DNA from: Phoronis australis
Lineage: Eukaryota; Animalia; Phoronida
Length of the DNA stretch: 64,000 nt
Assembly (NCBI GenBank): GCA_002633005.1
Contig: NMRA01000050.1
Location: 451,353-515,352, forward strand
Direction: 5' to 3'
How positions within the stretch are numbered: position 1 is the stretch's first letter; every line of letters begins with the position of its first letter. The position numbers and the translations under genes are program-made. The notes under the pieces are model-generated. The model made no database searches. It had not been told where the DNA came from and saw nothing but the letters and a program-made list of their open reading frames with translations. Positions 42,101 to 54,100 of the stretch are shown piece after piece.

Positions 42101-45100
42101 TTCTTTGGTGAAAATTGATCAACATTTTAAATGATAACTGTAATAATTGTGTAATTGTTGTAATATTTCTTTTAATATCATCTTGCCTGTTATTAGTTAA
42201 CTGCATTGTTACTGGTGGTATTCATTGTATTCTGATACATTGTGTCCATCACTTTGGTTTTACTTTGTGGTAGCTCATGTGTTTTGTGTGTAAAAAATTT
42301 TCAGGAAGAGGTTTTCTTCAACTATTCTCTTAATAGAAAATATATGGCTAACATTACAGGAAGTTACCTGTGACATACACAATGGTCTGCGGTGCTACAA
42401 CCAGGAACAACAGACCAAGCGTTGTTATGACTACGAAGTTCGCGTGTATTGCTGGGATGATATGTGTGTCCCAAGTGAGTGTTTTTGCTGGATTCAGGAA
42501 CTTTTGATTACTTTTAAATAAGTAGTCTATCGTGGCATAAATGTGTATGGTGAATGTGTCAAATGTAGTAATTGCACGCTCACCAATGGCCACATTGTGA
42601 ATTAGAATGTATGTCTTGTTATTTGAAAGACACAGTGTCCCTGCGTGAATACAACTATGGCCATTAGTATGTTGTTATTTGAAAGACACAGTGTCCCTGC
42701 GTGAATACAACTATGGCCATTAGTATATTTTTGTCATTAGAATATTTGTTGTGCCATCAGTTGTGAAGTGTAGGTGAAGATAGTACATGCAAACTGGAGT
42801 GTATTTTGTAATGTTACTCTCTGATGGTGTTCATGTCGTATCTATGTTTGTTTGTGTCTATTGTAGCACCTCCTTCCACTGTGTCACCCACGCCAAAGCC
42901 AACACCATCTTCTACACCTAAGCCTCCTGTCACGACAAAGCCAGTGAAGTCAACCACACTGTCACCAACGCCGAGCATTGTCACGGCAACCACGTGTAAA
43001 TATTACGACTCACATTCAATATTGGCCAGGCAGAAATGGCCATGTGTAGTTAAACTGAAGTGGTCTGTGTCAATAGTTTTAGTGAACCAATAATTAAAAC
43101 TTAGTCAGAATTCAACTAACAACTGAAGCGAAAATTGGGTGACCAATAACCAAACGTTGAGCAGCTGTTATCTTCTGTTGTCTGGCCTTAAGTTCTTTGT
43201 CATCAGAAGGACTTTAGTAGCAGCTATATCAATTTGTGTTAAACTTTCTTATTTGTAAATTATTGCAGTAGTTTTTCACCTATTAAGCACCCGATATGAT
43301 GGTTTAGTATCAAGTTTCTTAATGAAAATAAATATTAAAGACAATTTTAGTGTATGATCAGCTTCTGAATCATATGTAGTGCATGGATTTCATATGTAGC
43401 TTGTGGATTTCATAAAACACTAACTCCATAATTATGTAGTTTGTGAGTTTCATAAAACACTAGCTTCATAAATTATGTAGCTCGTAGATTTCATAAAATA
43501 CTGGCTTCATATAGCGTGTGGATTTCATAAAACACCGTCTTGCAAAGTTTATATGACTTGCAGCAAGGTAATCGCCCTTGTTTGATAAGTAGAAAAATTT
43601 TGACAATTATTTTAATTTGATTTTGAAAAGGCTGAGAAAATCATTTCATCTGTAGTTGTTGAATCAGTATGTACATGGACCACCCTGCCACGTACGGTCT
43701 CATTTTGACCTTTTTGTCTTTGACCTCTTCTTATCGTAGCTATCTGTGCACCTGGCCTGAAGTGGAACCGCTGTGCTTACCATTGTGACGCTCTCTGTGA
43801 CTACGTCAAGCAAGGCTACATAGAGAAGAAACTGTGTGGACCAGACTCAGACAAATGTATCCCTGGCTGTGTGGACGAGATAAAGAAGCTTGAGTGTAAA
43901 GCACCCAAATTGTTGAAGGACCTCGACACATGCGTTGATAAGGATATGTGTACTTGCTTGAAACCAGATGGAACAGAGGCCAAGGTCAGTGGTGTCATAC
44001 ATTGTGCATTAAGGATTATTGTCGCGATGGGCTCCCTTGGATAGCAGTGAAAACTGACAGGGTTACCATCATTGTAAATATCACAATCAAGGCTTTTAGT
44101 ATCATTTAACATGTCAACGATTTGTTCCTGTCTGTTTGAATTTTTATTGTGTGTTTGCATTTTGTAACAAGCTGCATGTGTTTCATTGTAGTTTGTGTTT
44201 TGTTGCACTGCACTGTGTTCATTTGTGTTGTATTTGACTGTAGCCTCTTGAACAATGGAAGCACCCCGAGGACAAGTGTTCAAGCTGTATTTGCTGGATG
44301 AACAAGGTTGATTGTGAACAAGATGAAGGGTGCATTTCCACGCCAACACCTTCTGTATCTCCATCATCCGTCACTCCAACACCAAAGGGCACGCCTAAAC
44401 CCACACAATCTTCATCTGTTTCTCCTCAACCAACTACAAGCTCGCCACCAACGACTAAAAAGGTATCGAGTCATTTATTAACAAATGTTTTCAAAAGAAC
44501 ACTATAACGTGGTAACACATGTTCTATTCTACCAAACATAGCAATCAACATTACTCATTCTGTTAGGTATGTCTCATTAATTAACACAGTCCTATCTTGA
44601 TTTTTGTGGCAAACAGAAACGTGACCTATGAAGGTGGGCTTTCAACTTGAATGACTGTATTTATGTTTCAAAGTACAAAGATGGCAGCATCATTAGCATA
44701 AGGTGGCACTTATGTGCGGATTGAGTTATAATATTATATGATATTCTTAGTATATGCCCACACTGTAACATTCACTGAACTGATCTCTGACCTCTTCAGG
44801 TGCACCCTGACTGTTTCTGGACTGAATGGATCAACATAGACTCACCCGTAACTGGTGCTGGGGACTATGAAAGCCTTGCTCTCATTCGCATGTACAACAA
44901 GTTCTGCGCCAGCCCTGTGCAGATTCAGTGTCGCGAGGTCAGTAGCAAACAAGAAGCTGGAGAGCTCGGTCAGGACCTGACATGCAGCCTCACTAGCGGT
45001 CTCCGCTGTGACAACAGTGAAAATGCTGGTGGTTGTTATGACTATGAGGTACGCTTCTACTGTCCGTGTATGACCCCACACCCGACATCCGAGTCAACTT

Positions 45101-48100
45101 CAGGACCTACGCCTTCTACGGCTAGTCCAACACCTGGATCGTCAACAGGGCCAACGCCATCTACAGCCAAGACAATGCCAACCACAGGCTCGAGCCCAGG
45201 ACCTACACCGACCAGCTATCCACCCCGTTGTGTAAAAACAGGATATACGGGTTGGATGAGTGTGGACACACCAACACTGGGTAACAATGATGGAGACTAT
45301 GAAACTATCCCAGCTCTCAGGTACCAAGTTAAAGCACATTGCTAATGTTTATAGTAAACAATTATGGTGTAAATGCTTTTAGCTCAGCTAGCAGCTTAGT
45401 TCGGAAGTTCTTGTCACTGAATTCTGTGTAGGAATGTTGAAACTTGTATTCAGTTGTTTGTGTTTCTGTTGAAATATAACAGGCTTTATTATGTAACATG
45501 AAGCTTGGACTGCCAATTTTGAAGGAAGGAATTTTCAAATGTGAAGTACAAACTTTCTGTCTGGAAGGACAAATTTAGGGCATACCGTCAGGTGTTCATG
45601 ACCGGCGCAAAATGAAAATTTTGGGGTTGAGATATCTTCAGTTCACTACTTTTAAGACACTTAAACCTGCCTAAGTGCTATCCTAAGTCATAACTGCTTT
45701 CTGTTTGTTTATTTCATGTGTATGTGGTTTGCCTCTTGGAAGTGAGTGTGTATCCTCACATGTCAGAGGGAAACTTCTGTTACAACCATGGAAGATATTT
45801 TAGGGTTAACTTAAGCCAAACTTCACGCAGGAAATTTTACAGACAACATAAATCAATTGCAAGAACTTGAAGAATTGTATCAGTTTTTAGATTAATTTGA
45901 TCGATTAAGCTGACTTGTTTTTCACAATCAAGATTAAAACTAATGTAAATGAAAATTAAATCAATTTCAATCATTTGGATAGTAAATTGTATATCAGAGT
46001 AAAATTTGCTGTCCTTATTTGTGCCCCAATTATCTGACTTCAAGGCCCTTGGCTGTCGAAGAGTTCACGCTATATTGACCATGTGGTGGACAGGTTTGAA
46101 TGACTTTATGCCATACTAATAAATAAAACAATGGGGCTTCTTTCACACCCCGTATTACCCATTTCCTGTCCTGTTTTTTCAGTCCATGTATGAGCTTAGA
46201 ATATCTGAGCTTCATATTAAGATGATAGAGCCTTTGTAGGGATGCTTCATTCTGTTTATTGCTGGTTCCACATGTGATACCGTACTGCACTACATCAAAG
46301 AAACTAATGGTTTTCCTATTTCTTCCAACAGGAGGCAGTACCAGTTCTGTGACAGAAAAATGATCTCGGCCATCTTGTGTCGTGTCAAGAATTCTGATGT
46401 GATGTATGACAAGGCAGGACAGAATGTTCTATGTGATAAGACTTTGGGTCTTCGATGTAAGAACAGTGCTCAAGGTGAAGGTGAGTCTTAGCAACAGTTG
46501 TATCTGCTGCAGTAACTCTGACAAGTTGTCATTAAGGGTATGTAGAACGTTATGGACTTGTCAGTGTATTTATCCAAAAAGTTACTATCACTGGTTACAG
46601 CAATCTGCTATTAATTGGGTCACGTTACTGTCACTGGTTACAGCAATCTGCTATTAATTGGATCACGTTACTATAACTGGTTACAGCAATCTTCTGTTAA
46701 TTGGGTCATGTTACGATAACTGGTTACAGCAATCTGCTATTAAGTGGATCACGTTACTATCACTGGTTTTCAGTAAAATTTATCAAAACAGAATTTAAGG
46801 TACATCTATAGCAAAACAACAGTATCAATAACTTGATTGTCCAAATTTTGTTTGGTATGAATGAAGAAGATGAAATCTCAAAAATCTTGTTTTTCAGTTA
46901 TCACTTCGTTTTTGTTTGATGCGACATGTCAGTTTTTTTCATAAAATCATGAAAGTCCTGTTTTTTGCTGGCCTTCTTGAAAAACTGGAAAACTTCAAAA
47001 GAAATTCCTAACAGTGTGTTGGGGAAGAGTCTGAAAGTTTCATATGTGTAACATCGGACAAATTTGGCCATTTTTCGAGGGTCCTGCGTAATCTTTAGGT
47101 CCTCGACATTTCACCAATCAATTTAGTTTTAATTCCTTCTTTAATTTTGAAACATGTAGGTCAGTGTACAGTTAGTCAATTAAGTGATGTGAAGTAGCCA
47201 GCTATTGTTATTTTGTGATGTTTAAAGGAAAGAAGTAATACACGCCTGTCAACTTTTACTGGAAAATAAAGTTGTCTTTTTGTATTTAATTTTAATGACG
47301 CTTCATGAAAATTGTGAGATGTGTGTTTTTCAGACAAAGTTAAGAATAACATCATGCACGTTAAATGTCAGGAACAACGCGATCAATTGTGTTCCCAGAA
47401 ATTCTATGCTTGTGATGCGATGATGTTAAGTTGATAAAGTATTGACCTTTCCATGATTTCCATGTTTAGGACATGCATGCTACGACTATGAAGTTAACAT
47501 CTACTGTAACTGTGGTGAGGGTCCAGAGCCCACAAGCTCAACTGTTGGCACGCCCACAGTGTCACCATCAACAGCAAAGACGCCAGAACCTACTCCCTCA
47601 GGATCCACTTCCACTGGACCTACTCCAAGTACAAAAGTTGTATCACCAACAACAGGTGGAACTGAAGGTCCTACACTAATGCCCTCAACCGCAGGCACTC
47701 CTGAAGCAACAAAGAAGACTCCCGAACCAACAACTACTGGTATCAAGACACCAACGTCGACATCCACTGGTGAACCAACACTGTCCCCAACAGCTGGTTC
47801 CACACCAGAACCAACTTCTTCAAAGAAGACTCCAGAACCAACAACTACTGGTATCAAGACACCAACATCGACATCCACTGGTAAACCAACACTGTCTCCA
47901 ACAGCTGGTTCCACACCAGAACCAACTTCTTCAAAGAAGACTCCAGAACCAACAACTGCTGGTATCAAAACACCAACGTCGACATCCACTGCTAAACCAA
48001 CACTGTCCCCAACAGCTAGTTCTACACCAGAGCCAACTTCTTCAAAGAAGACTCCAGAACCAACAACTACTAGTATCAAGACACCAACATCGACATCCAC

Positions 48101-51100
48101 TGGAAAACCAACACCATCTCCAACAGCTGGTTCCACACCAGAGCCAACTTCTTCAAAGGAGACTCCAGAACCAACAACTACTGGTATCAAGACACCAACA
48201 TCGACATCCACTGGAAAACCGACACCATCTCCAACAGCTGGTTCCACACCAGAGCCAACTTCTTCAAAGGAGACTCCAGAACCAACAACTACTGGTATGA
48301 AGACACCAACATCGATGTCCACTGGTAAACCAACACCATCTCCAACAGCTGGTTCCACTCCAAAGCCAACTACCTCTAAAAAGACCCCAGAACCAACAAC
48401 TACTGGTTTGAATACGCCAACGTCAAAAACCACTCTTAAACCAACAACCATAGTGAGCACTTACTGTGGCTTTACTAGTTGGATGAGCTTCAACAAGCCT
48501 GACGACAGAGGTGAATATGAAAACATAGAAATGCAGCGCGAGAACTACAAGTTCTGTAAAACGGAAGACATTACAATCCTAGAGTGTCGCGATGCCCAGA
48601 CAAAGCAGATGTACAACAAAGGAAGGAATTCACAGGTTGTATGCGACTTGGAGCACGGTGCATTGATCTGCAGCAACGAGGAGCAGATCAAGTATGGTAC
48701 AGATAAGTGTGCTGATTACGAGATCCGTGTTTATTGTGAGCCTGAGGGTTGTGTTCCCACTGCTATCCCATCATCCAGCCCAGAGCCAACTACCTCTGAG
48801 AAGACTCCAGAACCAACAACTACTGGTATCAAGACACCAACATCTACGTCCACTGGAAAACCAACACCATCTCCAACAGCTGGTTCCACACCAGAACCAA
48901 CTTCTTCAAAGGAGACTCCAGAACCAACAACTGCTGGTATCAAGACACCAACATCAACCTCCACTGGAAAACCGACACCATCTCCAACAGCTGGTTCCAC
49001 ACCAGAGCCAACGCCTTCAAAGGAGACTCCAGAACCAACAACTACTGGTATCAAGACACCAACATCGACATCCACTGGTAAACCAACACTGTCCCCAACA
49101 GTTGGTTCCACAGCAGAGCCAACTACCTCTGAGAAGACTCCAAAACCAACAACTAAAGGAGTTAAGACACCAACATCGACATCCACTGGTAAACCAACAC
49201 TGTCTCCAACAGTTGGTTCCACACCAGAGCCAACTACCTCTGAGAAGACACCAGAAACAACAACTGGAATCGAGACAGCAACACCAACACCAAAGAGCAG
49301 TGGTAAACCAACAATATCCCCATCACCATCAACAACAGCAGAGCCTACAAAGTTGCCAACACCGACTGCTCCAATGACCACCACATGTTCTTACTGGTCC
49401 AGGTGGTTCAACACACATGAGCCTCAGCTAGGAAAGGGCGAATTTGAAAAGGTCTCTCTGAAAGGTAAGAAAATAATGTTGATTTATTTTCAGTGTAGTT
49501 TTTCAGTTTGCACTAAGAATGAGTACCTGGTGGCTTGTTTATTGCGTTTTTAAAGCTAACACATCTGATGCTGCTTTGTGCTATGCCATTGGCACAAGTT
49601 GAGTGCTGTTTGTTGGAATTTAGTTTTCGACCGTCACAAGAAATTGAGTGTCAAGCTAGCACATCAATGGTTATACTGTGATCACACTCCTGTTTTCATA
49701 GCTAAACTGATTTTATTTATTTTTATTTTTTGCAAGTTTTAGCTTCCGTGGGAATTCTGTATATCTTGTTAGTTTACTTTTATTGGATGATCATTCAGCC
49801 CTGAATATTGGTTGATGTTTTTTAGATCTGCACTCTAATTATGGCTTTTGTGAGAACGGTGTGCTGAAGAACATTGAGTGCCGCCAACACCATGGTGGAG
49901 TCTACATTGAGTCCTCTGGAGATTTGGCTACTTGTGACCTCGTCAATGGATTGGTTTGCGACGAAAGTGTCAACATTGTGCCATGTGAGGACTATGAGAT
50001 CCGATACTATTGCGAGTGTGAACGTAAGTCTTGTGATATCCAGAGCTACTGGACTTAGTCGTTACTGGAGATTTGCATAAGAAAGCACAGTATGTTAATT
50101 TGGATAATGCCTGTATGTGTCTGAACCTTTAAGGAGGAAATGAGCAACACATCCTTGACCTTTTCAATCGCGTGTTCTTCCTTTAGTTACATTTTGTACT
50201 CAAGAAGTAGTGCCTATTTAGCATACTGTAAATATGAATAACCCACATGGAAGGGAATTTCCTAAGTGCTTGCTACCATTGTGATATTCATGGCCTTTTA
50301 TTTGAGTTTGACATTTCATTCTGAAAATATCGTATTCCAAAAAACACTGGAGGAGAAAGCTTGTTCTATGATGGTCTTATGTTATAAATACTGATAAAAG
50401 GATAACTTGTTTTGTATCTAGTTAAGTTACATCATTCATTATTTCATGAAAATGGGATATTGTATAATGTTATTTAATAACTGTATTATGCTTTATAATG
50501 CTGTTTTCAGCTACACCAATCTCAACGATGACCCCAACACCATCAACAGTGAATCCAACACCAACTTCTGGTGAGTCAACTCCAAAACCAACACCAAGCA
50601 CAACAGAGGGACCAACATTGGTCAAGACCGCAACGCCTGGTTCACCCAAGACACCTGAACCAACTACGAAGATTCCAATACCACCAACCTCTGGTGAGTC
50701 AACTCCAAAACCAACACCAAGCACAACAGAGGGACCAACATCGGTCAAGACCCCAACGCCTGGTTCACCCAAGACACCTGAACCAACTACAAAGATTCCA
50801 ACACCACCAACCCCTGGTGAGTCAACTCCAAAACCAACACCAAGCACAACAGAGGGACCAACATCGGTCAAGACCCCAACGCCTGGTTCACCCAAGACAC
50901 CAACTCCGTCCACAAGTAGACCAACTCCAGAGTCGACACCTATTCCAACCAAGTCCACTCCAGTAATCATCATTACCAAAACACCAACTGTGGTCACTAC
51001 ATGGACACCAACACCAGGTAATTGTACCTGACTTTTTGGTTCACGTATCATTTCCTTCAAGGTCATCAGTTGTCTTGGGGCTCTTTGTAGTACGGAGATA

Positions 51101-54100
51101 CTTCATCAAAACTAATATGTCAATTAGTCCAAGCAAAATAAGAGAGATTAGCTGAGTATGATTGAAAATCCTTCGTTCTTGATTCTTTCGGATCTGACTG
51201 TTGCTTGCCTGACTTGTGAAAGTTTTACTGTAAATGGTGGCATGGTAGTATTTAGCATTGTATTCAGTAGCAAGTTATTTTGAACTAGCCATTAAATGTT
51301 TTAATAGGTGAACTGTGTTTGGAGCCCATGTTGAAACACGCCAGATATCCTGTGTCAGATGAACAGCTGAAAGCGTCATCCAGCTGGACGTCGTTCAGTG
51401 GGCCACAGAGGTCAAGGCTGGACACACCGGATGAAGAAGTCAGGACTGGAGCGTGGATGCCTAAGTAGGTTTTTGAAATAATAAGTGGAAGTTTAAAAGA
51501 CCACCTGTTGGTGTTGCAGAAATCTGTTCTGTCATCATATGTACAAAGGGAATCTATTTCTTAATCAGTGTCAAGCAGAAGTTTATTTCAACAAAAGGAT
51601 CATAGCTTTTTTTATTTTGTCATCCGTAAAACAGTGATAAAAGACTTCAGTGCTGTGACGTGAAGAAGTTCAAAGTTGCTGTTGATTGGATACTGTATAG
51701 ATTGAAATTATTCTTTGGCTTATGAACTGTTTTGCTGTTCAAGTGAAGCTAACATTTGGCAATTCCTTAGGAGGGGAGGAGTCAGTGGCGGCGCAGCACT
51801 GAAAAAAGTGGGGGGCTAAAGCCCCCTCAACCCCCCTGTGGTGCACCGCCTATAGACCATGTGCGGTCTAGCACTGAAAAAAGTTGGGGCTATAGCCCCC
51901 CAGCCCCCTATGGTGCGCCGCCCATGGGAGTGTAGCTCTGGAATTGTTTGGGTTTATAAGGTGTACGCTTATGGGTGGATCCATGTATGCGTGGTTAAGA
52001 CTTGTATCAGTTTTGTCAGGTGCAGTTAACTTAGCTTGTTCTATTCATGAATATAGGACCAACGACAAGAACCAATGGCTTCAAATTGACCTTGGCCATC
52101 CTGAGAAGATTGAAGCAATTGTTACGCAGGGCCGCAACGGATTCTCTGAGTGGACCAAGTCATACATTGTGGCCTACTCTAGTGATGGTCTCAACTACCA
52201 GTACTACCTGGAGACACCTGGTGGTTCTGCGCCCAAACAGTTTGTTGGCAACTTTGACTCCGATACCAAAAATCGTCACCTCGTCCGTCCGTTCGTTGCC
52301 CAATATGTCCGCATTCAGCCTGTGTCCTGGCACACACGCATTGCTCTTCGTGTCGAGCTTTTGGGATGTAGAAGTAAGTTGATGTTGACTGCAATTTTGC
52401 TGTTCTTGTGTTTCTACCATGTGCAATTGGTCAATTGTAAGGGCTGGTATTAAATAGTGCAAAAAATATTTACTGATTAAGTTGTTGTCTGCATTGCATG
52501 ATGATTTATACAGAATTTCAATTGACCAAAAGGACAGCATGTGGTTAAAGGTTGTTGCTATGTAACATCTTCTAGGCCCACTACCGACGCCAACTGTCAG
52601 CACAACACCAAGCTCATCAACAGAGGGACCTACTATGACGAGAACGTCACGACCTGAAGCTCCAGTTACCGAAGTTACTCGCACTAAGGTGACACCTTCA
52701 ACAACTCTGATGACTACGGGTATGGTGTGATTAATAATATTAATATGTTAATACGGTTATGATACTTAATAATTAACTAATAGTTATAATGATAGTAATG
52801 AATGTTATGGTACTGTCAAAACTGGTTTTAGGTTTCATTGACATTAAAAAATGATTGCTTTAAAGCAATTTTTTTTCTCATGAATTGTATGTGAAACATT
52901 TCTGGCAATGGAGGTAGACATAGACTTGACATTGTTGCTTTTAAAAAAATTGCGTTACTAACAAAACAGTGGACAGTTTGGTTGGTGTATTGTTGTATGT
53001 AATCATCTTCAGTATTAGGTTTATTCACTTACTAGTTATTCGCCTGTTGTAGGGGCCCTGTGTATTGATGACATGGGAGTGCAGATGAGGTCCATCATCT
53101 CCGATCTGCAGATGACTGCCTCTAGTGAGCGGGACGAGTTGTATGCTGCTCACAATGCCCGCCTCGGAATGGGAGTTACCACGGTCAGTAATGGGAGTTA
53201 CCACGGTCAGTAATGGGAGTTACCACGGTCAGCAACCGAGAGTGTAATTAGTGGAGTAGAGTTTGATTTGTGGCTCTATTTCATGGTGCCGGGTATTTTT
53301 TAATTTGTGCAATCTTTCAGTTGCGTTTTACGTTTTGAATTGCATACAGTCTATTATTAAGCCGCTTCTTCTAAGCTTTGTACAAGAACAGTAACAACAA
53401 GCTTTGACCTTGACCTCTTTGTAGAAGCAAGCATGCTACATGTGCTTGTTTTGAGTAAACATTACTTTTGGCCATCTGTTGTGGATAAGAATGGAATGTC
53501 TTACATCTTCTGTCAATAATGTTTTTTCCACAATCCATTGTACACGGGAAGTGTCTCTCTGTCCATAATAAATCATTGGTGACGTTGATTAGGAAACCAG
53601 TGTGTGTCACCGTAGTGACAATGTCATGTTGTCAACACGATGTAGCAGTTATAGATACTATTTCCCTTACAGAAGAGTGCTGGTGGCTGGGTGCCAGAGG
53701 TGTCTGACAAGAACCAGTGGCTGCAGATTGACTTCCTGCGACCCAGTGTGCTCACTGGTATAGTGACCATGGGCAAGCACATGGGACCTGAGTTTGTCAC
53801 TGCTTACACACTGGAACACTCTAATAATGGTGATGATTGGACACCGTACAAGGAAGATGGGAAAGTTAAGGTACAGGAAATACTCCTTGTAGCTAATGGC
53901 AGAATAGTTGGTGTGGAGAGAATTCAGTTGGTTTTGATTGACTGTGGTCAGACTTAAGTTTTCATTAATGATTCTATGAAGAAAACACTCTAATGAAAGC
54001 ACTCTGATAAAATAGGCAAAGGCTAAACGTGGTCCACTTTGTCTGTGTGTTCATTATAGTAAGTGTTGGTGATTGACGTCTTGCATTAAGCCATTTATTT

